From Paragordius varius (Eukaryota; Animalia; Nematomorpha), in contig OZ176056.1 of assembly GCA_964247055.1 (NCBI GenBank), positions 3,782,001-3,846,000 on the forward strand: a DNA stretch of 64,000 bases, read 5' to 3'. Positions within the stretch are counted from its first letter, which is position 1. Each line of letters begins with the position of its first letter. The position numbers were made by a program, and so were the translations under genes. Below, in pieces: positions 51,283-64,000 of the stretch. The notes under the pieces were generated by a model, which saw only the letters and a program-made list of their open reading frames with translations, had not been told where the DNA came from and searched no databases.

Positions 51283-54200
51283 CTTATGACATAGCCTAAT
51301 CCTCATTTCAAACTGCCTCTATATTTTCCATATTTTTTAGGTTTAGTTAAAAGTTTGCATTAAAAATATTGGTTAATAATTGAATTTATTGTAGTATAAT
51401 TGTATAAGTCAGGGTTTGGACAAAACGTTAAACATAGAATCTAATTGCAGCATGCATTTTAATGGTTGCTCATTGCACATTATAGTTGGTCAATTTGCAA
51501 CACAATAGTATATGGAAAAAACAAAATCTCTAATAAACATTTATTTTCTTTCTTACATAAATTTGTTTATTTAATTCAATATTTTGTTGTTGTTTTTCAT
51601 AAACTATTGTTTCCCGAATTGCCCCACTAGAGTGTAAAATAAGCAACCATCAAAATGCATACTGTAATTTATGGTGGACATCTAAAAACTGCATGAATCA
51701 TTAATAGTTTAAACCTTCAGGTTAATAAATATCGTGATAAATGCGGTTGAATACATGAAAATCGCATTTCTATCCTACATTTGGTCGAATAAAATTAAAG
51801 AATATAAGAGGTAAAAGCATCAACCTTTATTTACAGAATATTCACAATTTTGCATCTTTATACAAAAGTCAACACCGCATTTTGGTCTCAAATTTGCGTC
51901 CTAAAAAATCCATGAAGTCAAGATTTGAATATTTGTTAAGTTATCGTAAAATACCAAGGCACCAAAATATTTATCACGATTTTTAGATATAAAAATTCCT
52001 TATTTGAAAATGAGATGAAAGATGTTTCTTGTGCAACGGTGGACCAACTTGGCTAAATAAAAGCCACCTTTTTTCCGCTTTGTTTACAAAATATTAGTTC
52101 TCATCACCCGTCACGATTAAATGCAAATTTCATTTCTTGGTGTTGAAACAGGTTTTTAAAAGTCACTTTGCGATTTTTAATGTGACGCTTTCAAATTGTG
52201 CGGGACCCATCTACCAAACTTATTTTTTCCCCTTATTTAAAAATTCTGCAAATGCTGTTGAGTTTGAGTTAACATTCAATAATTGTTGCACTTTATAGCC
52301 TTTATTATGTGGTCCACCAGAGTGCCCACTCTCTTTTTTATAATACCATATTTATTTCGGAACCATGTTTCAGAAGTTCAAATCGATAGGACATAATATA
52401 GATTATTACGCATTTTGTACAGCTTTAGTATCAAATCTTAATTTTCAGACACAAAATTACATTTTTACCAACAAAATTAAGAGGCTATATGGCGAATTTA
52501 AATTGTTGGTGTTTGTAATTTAATGCCAGATGAGCGTACTGTCATATGACTACATCTGGTATTAACATTCATTAAGCATTTCTCTTATGTATTATATATA
52601 TGATGTAGTCTGCAATAAAAATGCGATTTTTTTAACTTTAGCTAATAGCAGAATTAATATGACTTATCTTCTCACATTTTAGCTATTTTATTATCTGCTT
52701 TAAGCTATTAATTGATATGTGATATACATTTATTTTTTGAAGCGACAGTTTTATTAGCAAAAAATATGTAATGGCGTTATTAAATTTTAACAAATTCAAG
52801 CGTTTACCAATATAAATTTAAAATAAAATTCAAAAAGAGGTTTTTTGATTATGTGAATTATTCTAACATATAAATGCATTGCATATGAGCAAGAGGCCTT
52901 TTGGCTTATTTAAGAAGGTGTTTCAATATTTAAAAATCAATATAAAACTTTTGCTTCTTTCATAATAATCAAATCTCAAATCTGCGTTAATTTTACGACT
53001 TAACAGATGCACATAAGTGTTGATAAATCCGAATGGCAATACCGTAGCTTATATTTCAAAACAAATTTCATCCATATTTGAAATTTTAGGTTTTAAGATA
53101 AATAATTATAATCATTTGTTTGCATTGCTTCTGCATTGCCAATTGATCAAAAATAATGTTAATTGACACTAATGTGACATTTTGTGTAATAAGCAATTTA
53201 TCACAAAAGTTGATTTTTTAAATGACCTTAAGTCCTAAATAAAAAAACGATTAGAATTCTGATCCATTTATACATATATATATATATAAATCATAAATAT
53301 TCTTTTATTAAATAAAAATGGTACATGTATCAATATTTACTTGTTTTATAATTGAATACTGCCAAAGGATGCGATGGTCCCATTAATGAGATTTTTCCCT
53401 TTTTTTTCAGTAACGTATGGTTCATTATCTCAATTTTTAATAATGTAGCTAATGTCATAACTTTAGTCAAGTGATACACTTTAGGATCGTAAACTTGTAA
53501 AATTTCATCCTTAACAGTTAAGCCTTTTTCATCTAATGTAGCTAGAAGATGTAGGGGCAATTCTATGTTCACCTCAAACGGAGTTCCGAATTCCCATTCA
53601 TGATTTAGGGGTTCTATATAATTTAAAACATATATATACGCGCATTTATGTTGGCCAATTCACATTATTGTGGGCCATTGGTAGCACAGTAGTGTATGAT
53701 ATAAAAAATTTTGTTCGTAATTAAAAAAACCAATATGGGAAAAGGCTCTCAAATTTCAACCATTTGTTGTATATAACACATACGCCATTAAATTAACAAT
53801 TGGCAAATATAAATATATTTTTATATTGCAACAGCGGTGTTGAAACTATTAATCACTTTGCAAACCTTTTACCATTTGCAAAACATGATATGTGATAAAA
53901 AATTTATTAAAATTAGATATTAATTATTTTTTATGATTCAAAATTATCTATTATTTTTTCATTTTTGCGTACTAATATTTTCATTTTTCTCAGAATATAT
54001 AACAAATCTGGTGAGATAAGATTTGTCTGACTGTAGATAATATTTTTTAAATTTAAATTCTATCAGCCCCTTAAAAATTTCAATTTTTTGGTAAAGGGAT
54101 CATTTGCTTGGTTTATTTTATTTTTGGCTTCTAACTTCAAGACTATGATATTTTTAAAAATACTGGATATTGATCCTAACACAATTATAAGGCAGAACAA

Positions 54201-54923
54201 TATTAAAAAACGGCTTATTAGATGGTTATTTTGAGCAGCGCAAATGTTGCCAAAATGAGTGCGCTCGTAATTTGTAAAAATTTTTTAAGAAAAGACTTAT
54301 ATTTTTTGTGAAATTTAGAGTGAAGACTACTAATACAATTTTTTTAAAAATTCAATTAAATTTATGCTGAATTTTAATAATTGGTTTTTTCTAATAAGAG
54401 TTATAGATATCAAAAAATTTATACTACTAAACTGAAATTTTTAAAAATTAAATGGAACTAAAACAATTTTTCAAAATACATAACTTAAAACATTTACATT
54501 TGTAAAACCGCAACTGGAAGCTAAAACATAGTTGAAACCAATCATTATATTAAACTAACCTGTTATCCACATCTCATATACAATAGTTTGGTTTTGTTTA
54601 TTTTTGCAACGGTAAGAAGTTTCAGAGTTAGATTTGATTCGTCTTACACGTAATTCATTATTTTTTAATTGAATGTCATCTGTTAGAGTAATGTTTATTG
54701 CTTGATCGCATTTTAATTTGTAAAATTGGCTTGCGTCAACGTGGGTGCTGATAAAATATTTGTTTCCTTTAACAACATCTTTAAGGGTTGGAACGTTTAT
54801 ATATCCCGTTGGTTTTTCAAGCGATTGAATAGAAACCCAATTTATATTTGTTGCGAAAACAACTAAAGCTATTAGCATTAAATTTTTTCTAACAAAACTC
54901 CAATCAACCATAAGTAATAACAT
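47972..54923 (-). CDS. Unknown multi-exon secreted or cell-surface protein (at least about 660 aa), possibly Ig/beta-sandwich modules; exons 54923-54560, 53613-53341, 51178-50921, 50217-50014, [unresolved 49970-49400], about 49395-49241, 48889-48697, 48621-48438, 48324-47972
   Basis: Hydrophobic N-terminus (MLIALVVFATNINWVSIQS) and an Ig-like spacing in exon 1 (LKC...LRVRRIKSNSETSYRC). The listed exons have GT-AG boundaries with matching phases, mostly phase 1. No family recognised; the middle part could not be parsed unambiguously. Confidence 0.6.
51600..52560 (-). mobile_element. Second mariner transposase remnant, in an intron of the orphan gene
   Basis: Minus-strand fragments TWFRN...HSGGP (RSGRP), GKNKFGRWVPHNL, LIVTGDEN (IVTGDEKW) and CDFHVF (SDFHLF). 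Confidence 0.8.
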
Positions 54924-55384
54924 AATTTATAAAAATAATAATAATAATGAAAGGTTAATTTATTGTTATAATATAATACATTATGTCTATAGCCAACACT
55001 GCACAATCTTATTGGTTAACGTGTTATAATATTATTTGACCACATGGAAAAAACTGATTAAAAGTAATCCCCCTCAATACATTGATTAATTTAATTTTTA
55101 ATATATATTAATAAAAATTAAATGCGGACAAAACGTAAAAAATAAAGATAATTTTTTTTTCAAAAGGCAACCCTTACCTTATATTCTATTAAAATCATTT
55201 TTAAATACTTTACAAATTAAAACAATGAGCTTTATTTAAAAAAATCAAGATTTAATTATGGTTGTCTACGTTTATTACCTTGAAAAATAATGAATATGCA
55301 AAAACAAAATTTATATGATCTTTTACCAGCGCATATATTCACAGATTGAAATCCCCGAAATAATGGGTGTTAAACTTAATTTAA

Positions 55385-55942
55385 CACTTGGATACAACAC
55401 ATTCATTTTAGTCGTTCGATTCAAATTGGGTTAGTTAATACACTAGGCCTGTTTAAAATTAAATTCTTTAAAAAGTATGGAAGGAATCGAAACCATGGCA
55501 ATTTGCATTTATATAGCATTAATAAACCGAAAAATTTTATTCAAAAATACTTGATATTACTTATTTTGAGCTAAAACCGATAGGTAAAAATATGGTCAAA
55601 ATGACATGTGTGCACTGGTAAAATAGAATAATAATACAAAATAAACCGCTTTTTCTATTTTTATCAATGTTAGATATAATTTAAATAAAAAATTAGATTA
55701 GCTCTAATTTTATTTAAATAAGAGCATATTTTACAAAAATTTTGCAAAATAAAAATGGCGTCGAAGCAGTTTGACATAGAACTTTTTTTTCAAAACAAAA
55801 TTTTATTTAGATACTTTGGCATATTTGTATAATTTGTAGGATAGAAGCATAAATTTAAATTGGGACCGTATCATTCAGTAGTTTTTTAAAAATCTTAACT
55901 CAAATTTTTTCTGGGGTATTTAGATACCCCAATCTGAAAGTG
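55385..55942 (+). mobile_element. TTAA-specific MITE, 558 bp
   Basis: TTAA|CACTTGG ... GAAAGTG|TTAA. Confidence 0.85.
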
Positions 55943-57026
55943 TTAAAATGGCATAAATCGAACCATACGGTTTACAAAAACTGCGGTCTTATATCTAAAG
56001 TTTTCCACTTACTTATAGCATATAATCAATGAAATTATAATATTATTTTCAAAAAAACCCTGAATAGGCATATTCTGTATATAATAAATATAACAACACT
56101 TAATCGAACACACCGTTTTATCATTCATTGATTTTGCAGTGTTACATCAAAATTTCATTTCAACCGTTGAAAAATATCATTTGTATCCCTTTAGGCAACT
56201 TGACCCCTAAAACATTTTAAATTAGTATTTTAATTTAGCTAATAATTCCTTCTATCTAAATATGTAACATATTTAGTTTTTTATAAAAAGCCTTATATTA
56301 GTCAGAATTTTAATATTATATTGTATTGAAAAAATTCAACGGTATCATTTATCGCATTTATTAAAAACATAATTAAAAAAAGATGATTAAGAAAAAATAT
56401 TCCTAAATATTATTTTTGATCAAACGTATGATTGAGGGAGAGATAAGATAAAGTCAAAACGTTTATTTAAGACTAACTTAAAATGTTCAAGGATAATCTT
56501 AAAGCGTCACATCATGAATTATTCCGCGTTTTGATTGCACAGCATAACGCACATAACAATCATTAATTTTTTGTGGTAGACCCTAGACACTATTTTCGTA
56601 TTTATTTATAGTGGTTATCCAATACAAATAGCTTCGTGGGCCGCATATTTTAGTTGAGAAAGTCGCCGGACTGTATTTAATTTTTTAGTTGCATATTTAA
56701 TTAAACACTGTATTTTTTCACAAATTTTAAAGTCAAATTAATAAAAACGAAAAATCTCTACATTCCCGACATTTATAATCTTTTAGCCATTGAAATACAG
56801 ATATTGGATCTGTCTCAATAATATTTTTGATAAAAGCTTACTTTATTTGAAAAATTAATTTAAAATTTGATGAAGCGTGTTTTATGGTGTTTAAGAGCCA
56901 GGAAAACCCCTTATAAAATTCCGTCTTGCTATCTTCAAATCTTTTAATAGATTATATATACTTTTAATATTGATTGTGGTTTTTGCAAATCTACTATTTT
57001 ATATAAATAAATCTTTTAATCTAATA

Positions 57027-59242
57027 CAGTGGTACTCACCAAAAAAAATTGACGGGCCAAATAAAATATATTTTTTTTTCGAGGGCCATAAACCTTATAA
57101 TGGCAAATATTTCATAGCTTTTTGACAAATATGCACATATTTATACTCTAAATCAGCAGGAATTTTTTGCGTATCGCATCCAACTAAAAATCGTTTTGCA
57201 CCATTAAGTTTAAAAAATTAAAATATTTTGATATTAACCAATAACAAGCCAATCTCAATACGTCGTCTATATGATCATCGGTTAAGCGAATTCTGTATGT
57301 ATTCGTGACATACTTCATTTTTAAATATGCCGTCTCACACGTGTAAGTTGAGGGAAAAACAGTTAGGATAACTGAACACATTTTTTTATATTTTCATATT
57401 TATTTGGCACATCTTACCAAAACTCTACATATCTTTCTACTGTACGATTCTCCTTGAATATAGCCTCAAATTGGAATCATTTTTGAAATCTACGAATTCT
57501 TTAATGATATGCGCCTGATCAAAACCGAAATGCTTAAATCGCTTAATATTGATATGCCATGGATTTTAAATGAGTTTTAAAAGCAATTTTTAATATTTTT
57601 AAATTCAAATCTGGATTTCATCTCATTATATAAATGTTAAATGATTGTCTATTATTAAATTAATCTCCGCGGTAAATTTTATATTTTCTTCATGAATCGT
57701 TTTAAGTGTTGGAAAATATGGGAGTGTTTTATTTATAAAATCTGGATTATATATTATTAATTTTTCTTTACGAGCAATATTTGATTATCAAATTGGGTTA
57801 TTAACGTAATGTCGCAAAGGTTAATAAATTCTACCATTTGTCACTATTACTTTCCTCGTCAATTCTTTTATTTTTATGATAATAGAAATTCATAACTTAA
57901 AACAAAAAATCTATTTAATACTTTGCAAAGCTTAGCCACCTCACACCGGTGTAATACATCAAACTCATTGTGGACATCTTTCAGGTTTTTGAATATACGG
58001 GATTTAAATGCTCTGCCACGGATGTGGTTAATCATATCCATAACCGTTTTAATTACTGAATTTAGTAATTCATCTTTTACACGCGAAACCAAGTTTTGCT
58101 GATGAATGAGGCATATCGAAAAAAGTGCTAATTATTTCGTGAAAACTTTCTTGTGTGGTATTATTCATTGGTAAAAATTTTAAATATTCCTCGTTGATTT
58201 TGTTGTCGTACAATCTTACGAAGAGCTCATATTGAGGTGTTGAACTAATATCAGTCCTAGAATCAATAGCATTAAAATATTTGCAGTTTTTCAGAGTTAA
58301 TATTGTATTGTTAAAAATATATTTAGACATATTTTGAATGGGCCGAGCACATTTTTCAATCAGAAAGTTTAATTTCTTTAAATTTGCCTCATGATTTGAT
58401 TATGATGGAATTTATCAACAAAATAAGACCATTTATAAGACATTCTTTTATTATTTGGAAATCAGTAAACGTCATATTTTTCCTAAAATATAGCTTTCAT
58501 ACGAAGTTAATGTTAAAGCTTTTTCCTGGGAACTATGGACATAATAGATTTCTATAATTCCTTAATCTTTTTAAATTTTTCTTTTCTTTCCTCATGATTT
58601 TCAGGTAATTTATGAAAATGGATTGTAAAATGTCTTTCAATATTTTTTATAATTATGTTGTCCTTACATATATGGCAGGTAACAACATTTTTATTTTGAA
58701 TGACAAGGAATTTTTCTTCCCATTCTTTTTTAAGAAGCGATTTTCATCGGTAATTTACGTTTTTTAATTAGATGTCATCCTTTGAATGTTCAAATATTAT
58801 GTAGATCTTTTAAAAAAAATTAGGAATATAATTTGAATTATGATATAAAAAACAGGTCGAAATTTAATGATGTTATTTTGAAAATTTTATGGGAATAAAT
58901 TATATAAAATGATACAGGATAGCAATGAAAAGAATATGTGTATGGAGTTTGAGTAAAATGCTTGCTTAAATACAAAAAAGGAATGCAATAAAAATGTCAA
59001 AATAGAAAAGAAAATAGAATACAGAAACAGAAACATGTGCCAAAATTTCGAAATCATTCTAATTTATGAAAATTTTTCTACATTCAAATTGGGTAAAAAA
59101 TAAAAGCTACGAAAATTCGTTTGTGTATATTTTAAAAATTCATCAATAAAAAAATAATATAAGTATCAATATGGTCATAGGGCAATTTTAGAGCACTCTG
59201 AGGGCCGCATGCGGCCCGCGGGCCGCGGTTTGAGTATCACTG
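57027..59242 (-). mobile_element. hAT (Buster/SPIN/GTF2IRD2-like) transposon, both ends present, transposase pseudogenised, 2216 bp
   Basis: Perfect 8-bp TSD atctaata (57019-26 and 59243-50); TIRs CAGTGGTACTCA / CAGTGATACTCA. Fragments include NIERHF.IH, AIDSRTDISSTPQYELFVR, MINHIRGRAFKSRIFK, and FPSTYTCE...RLTDDHIDDVLRLA (dimerisation domain). Confidence 0.93.
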
Positions 59243-60028
59243 ATCTAATATCTGATGATAGAAATGTTTAGCAATCGAATTAAATAAATATAATATATAT
59301 TTACAAGGTTTTTATACTCTTTATACAAATGACCTTGAATACGATTCTCCTGAAAAAATGCGTTAGTTATGTTGGGGTATGACTTTTTAATCTATCCAAT
59401 TTGTATTGGGCTTAAATATGGAGGCGAACGAGATTTCTACGTTTAATAAAAAAAAGCTTTAACTTAATGGGGCAATATTATATTTTGGAGACCACATCAA
59501 AATATTGTTACTCTAATCTTCTGTATAAATTAATAATATTTTTTGGACATATTTCACCAAAAGATAGCATATTTAGCGCATATTTCGATATAGAACAATT
59601 CTTATAATATGGTAATTTCTTTTTTAAATCACTCATAAAACATAATAAATTAAACATTAATTTTATATTCGCTCGAGATGGGTTTGTGTGCACTGTATTG
59701 TTTTTTCATTATTTTGTATATATTTAGTTGTAAATAAAGTTTTATTAGTTAAATTAATATTAAATAATTATTGTAATCCGATTATAATCAGAATTTTGCA
59801 TTAATAAAAGCTATATAATATCTTAATATGCATAATTTTGTCAAACAAAAGCAATTAAATTTCCTCAAAGCTCTTACATAAATTAAGGTTAATCCATGTG
59901 GTTTTTACAAGTTAAAGCCGCAAAATTAATTGTTTCATTTAACCTCCATATGATACATGCGAGGTGGTGATGTTTGAATCTCCAAAATTTAGCATTTAAA
60001 TTTATCCCTTTTATATCTCAATTAATAA

Positions 60029-63000
60029 ATGCCTGATGAAATCATCTATACAAGTGGTCCGCGTTATGCCGCCGCAAAACGAGCCGAACAGATTAAACGT
60101 TGGGAAGAATCTGACATTAGCAAGGAAGATTTAAACAAGAAAAATAATTATATTAGTCGCATTAAATTTCCTGATTCTACCGTATTCTTAGCCGCTTGTT
60201 CAGCTGGTGATACTGAGGAAGTTAGTCGATTGCTTAAAAGAGGTGCTGATCCAAACACTTGTAATTGTGATGGATTAACTGCTTTACATCAGGTAAATAT
60301 ATTGCCTATATATTACTTATTTATTATACATTTTGATTGAAATTATTTAAGCACATGAAAAATTAATCAATTCTTTGTTTATTTTATTGGTTGACATTTC
60401 TTACAGTTACGTTTGCGATTTTTCTGCTCTTTTTTCGATAATTTTTTTTAAATTAAAATTGTTTTAACAAAGAACTTTAATTATAAAACATATTTTAGAT
60501 TTTGCATTGCATTATAATAAATTTTACGGTTCCATTGTTTTAAATTATAATAAGGTTGATAACATTAAAATCTTTTATAAATTTTAAACATATTACTACT
60601 CTTAAAAAATTTAATACGTAAAAAATTGGGCTTATAATTCCAACAAATTTATATTTAACATTAATTTGCAGTTATATAAATTTGTAAATTTTTACATTGA
60701 ACAGATTTCCTTAAATCCAAAATTATTTTTTTCACATACATAATGCATGGTATTTAACCTTGGAATGACGCGAATTCGTGATCGGGAAAGAAAGAATAAA
60801 ATATTATTTTAATTTTCTTAATTAATCGCATAATATTTGTTATGTAATGTGATTGTTTGATCATACATATCGTTTAAAATTTGATATTCTTCCGATATTG
60901 AAAATCGATAAGTCTCTTATTAAATATTTGTGATAGTTTGATAATAATGATCAAATAATTTTGTTTTTGTTTTTTTCCAAATTCTATTGTCATTCATTGC
61001 AATTTGGATGGAATTGCTCTTTTTTGTCGTTTAGTTTTGTCATTTTTTTGACATCAAATGCGGACGCTTTTACGTTAAGTTAAATATATTTTTTGGGTGC
61101 TTATTTTAGAAAAAATTGAATACAAATTAGGAGGATCAATATTTTTTGGAACTATTATTCAAAATTGAATGACCCACTCTAAAATATGATAATTATAAGT
61201 GTAAATGTAATATGTGGTTATTAAACAATAAAATATTTTTTGTTTTAAATCAACTTTGTCTCACATATCAAACTCATCAAATTCACTCTCTAATTTGATG
61301 GGAATTTAAAATATAAATTATGTTTTCATATTCAATATAATTTATAAATCTATATAATCTATATAAAATTTTAAAATCATTCAAATTTTATATCGAAAAA
61401 CTTCAAAAATAATTTTTATATGCTGTAGGCATGTATCGATGACAACTTACTTATGGTGGAGTTTTTGATCAAGAATGGTGCCAATATAAATCAGGGCGAT
61501 AATGAGGGTTGGACGCCTTTGCATGCAGCAGCTTCTTGTGGTTTCATAGATATTGTCAAGTAAAATTTTTTTAATTTTACAAAAAAATATTTTGGGGTTT
61601 TATAATATTTATACCCACCCACCCTTTTAGAGTGCAATTTTATATTTATGCTCTATGATTGAGAAATAATAATTTTTTGGGGTTTTTTTCCAAAAAATTT
61701 ATTTACACCAATTTCAATTAAGGGTGAAATAATCTTTTTATAAATACTGGGCTAAAAAAATGTATTAGAAATGGCCCTTAAATATACATGTCATTAAAAA
61801 TGATTTAATAAGTTATGGTTTTTTTCATTTTTAAAATTTTTACCTTTTAAGTGTTATTTATATACTTATTGACTTAAGAAATATCAATTTTATTGGGTAT
61901 GTTTTAGCCTGAAAAATATTTATGTAAAGAGATAAAAGTTTTAATAAATATCATTTACTATTCAAATTCACAAAAATGAATTATGTGTTTTCGGGCTAAT
62001 ATAATTCATTATTAATATAAAATATATCTATATGGCATAGCTTATTATTTTTTCGGTATTATTTTAATTTTAAAAACTGTAGGTAATTTTTAATCTCAAA
62101 AACACATAATTTATTTTTAATGTGAATGAATTTGAATTGTTCAAGAGCGAATTTAAATTGAAGTGTAAATGCTATATAATTTTTTTTATTATATCCTTTT
62201 GTAAATCCAAATTTTATAATATTTTTTTATACATTGTTCGATTGATTTTAATCGGTTTTTGGGTGGTTGATCTCAAAAATTATATTTAATGAATACAATC
62301 TGGATTCTTTTTCTGTTTAAATGAAATAAAAATTTATTTAGAATTTTATTTTAAAAAGTTTGCAAAATAAGGGTGCAACCCAATATATCTTTATTATTTT
62401 ATATCATTTTCATAGAATAGAATATTTTAAATAATTTAATTGATATTATTAAAAACCAATCTGGATTTTTAACTCAATAAAAAAATATTTTATTATTTTA
62501 CAAAATATTAGATACTTAGTGGAAAATGGCGCCAACATAGGAGCCATAAACAGTGACGGAGAATTGCCGATTGATATAACAGAAACGCCTGAAATTGAAA
62601 AATATTTACAAACCCAAATTGATAAAAAAGGTTTATTTAGTTTTATTTTTTATTATTTTAGTTTAATTAATTTTCTCAATTCAGCTTCGATGACAATCTA
62701 ATTTTTTATATATATTCAATACAAATAATACAAATGTAATATAATATTTTATCCATTTTTAGGGTTGTTTTTTATAAAATATATAAAATGTTAGACATGA
62801 TATTTGGATTTTTTGACGTTTTGTTCGTATTTGAGAACAGTTTTGAGTAATTTTATAATTTTCGATCATTTTTTGGTCTGTATAATTAAATTAAAATTTT
62901 ATTTTTTTATGTCGGGTTTGGTAGTCAGAAATGTTATCGTAGAAAATTGATTTAAAATTAATATGTTTATGTACACGTTATTAGAAATGATTTAAATACA

Positions 63001-64000
63001 ATTTTTTGAGATATTAATTTATTAAATCATTTTATACAAACTATTATTAAACTTTTTTGACAAAATTCCAATTATGAAGCGTATAAACATTTATTTTATT
63101 GAGGATTCCAGATAAAAAGAAATGAATCCAAAGTTTTATGTTTTTTTTAAGTTTATTAATCTCTAAGGGCTGCATTTAACATATTTCCCGATCAGTTTTA
63201 TTGGCTAATATACAAACAATTATAAGATTAAATATAATTCAATCCTTTTTTTAACACACAATCTATAAGCTTTTTCAAAGTTATTCCAATTTTTTATTTT
63301 GTGGTTTGCGTTGCTTTTAGATTTATTGTGAAAAAACCGAGGAATAAAAAGCTTTGAATGTTTAATATATTATTTTCGGACTTTATTTATCATTTTTAGG
63401 GTTGTTTTACACATATTTTACAAATCAAATTTTTCCAATTTTAAGATTAAGTATTATATCAAACAAAATCTATAAACTTTTTCAAACTAATTTCAATTTA
63501 GATGTCATTATGGAAAAACCGAGGAATAAAATCAAATCGAATGCCGTTATCAGCGTTAAAAAATGAATAAAAATGGATTTTATATAACACGTTTTCGAAT
63601 AAATTTCCATATATTTTTTACTATTTACATGTCGATATGAATTATATTCCACAATATTTCATAAATTATTATGATGGATTTGAAAGCGACCCGACAAAAA
63701 ATATATAAATTTTCTTACAGTTTTTCCAATTTTGTCTTGCGTTGCTTTTAGATGGCATTATGGAAAAATCCGAGGAATAAAAAATTAAATCTAAAGCTCT
63801 GAGTGTTTAATATATTATTTTTAGAGTTTATTCATCAATTTTAGGGTTATTTTACTTATATTTTCCATCCATTTTTCCGTCTAATTTATAAATTGTTAAA
63901 AAATCTTAATTTCAATTTTGTCAATTGTTGTTTCTAGGTGTCATTGTAGAAGATGCCAGGAATGAAGAATTAAATCGAATGCTTCGCGACGTTAAACAAT
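60029..64000 (+). CDS. PPP1R12A: Myosin phosphatase targeting subunit (MYPT1/PPP1R12 family), N-terminal part; exons 60029-60292, 61429-61559, 62512-62630, 63938-beyond 64000
   Basis: MyPhoNE-like motif [10 protein letters not shown], RVxF-type RIKF, ankyrin repeats [26 protein letters not shown]|ACIDDN..MV.FL...[20 protein letters not shown], then [15 protein letters not shown]. Exon phases are 0, 2 and 1. The paralogue (12A/B/C) is not resolvable. Confidence 0.92.
63290..63937 (+). repeat. Decayed tandem copies of the intron 3/exon 4 junction of the MYPT1-like gene
   Basis: 'tag-at.tcatt.tggaaaaa.cgaggaataa' at about 63315, 63497 and 63752 resembles the real exon start 'tag-gtgtcattgtagaagatgccaggaatgaa'; the flanking intron blocks 63360-63450 and 63805-63880 are also duplicated. 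Confidence 0.75.

Overview
Very AT-rich, intron-containing eukaryotic DNA whose recognisable genes look metazoan; the species cannot be determined from sequence alone. By manual translation and splice-site reading I find four recognisable genes. (1) A DDC/AADC-family PLP decarboxylase (minus strand, first two coding exons, runs off the left edge). (2) A complete 292-aa aldo-keto reductase (minus, 8467-10023) that can only be read by removing introns of 26 nt and 22 nt. (3) A 13-exon pyruvate dehydrogenase phosphatase of the PP2C family (minus, 26848-36986, about 890 aa, with long low-complexity inserts). (4) The first four exons of a MYPT1/PPP1R12-type myosin phosphatase subunit (plus, runs off the right edge). 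There is also an orphan multi-exon gene with a signal peptide and phase-1 modular exons (minus, 47972-54923). Introns and intergenic DNA are packed with decayed mobile elements: a near full-length RTE LINE with an apparent HDV-like ribozyme at its 5' end, a 5'-inverted RTE copy with a 14-bp TSD nested in a Penelope-derived palindrome, two mariner and two hAT remnants, a TTAA-specific MITE family (about 7 copies) and foldback elements built from 21-bp repeats. The strongest leads are the 21-26 nt GTAT..TAG introns sitting beside kb-sized introns, and the HDV-like ribozyme. All analysis was by eye with no searches run. Exon boundaries were checked for phase consistency; boundaries of decayed elements are approximate.
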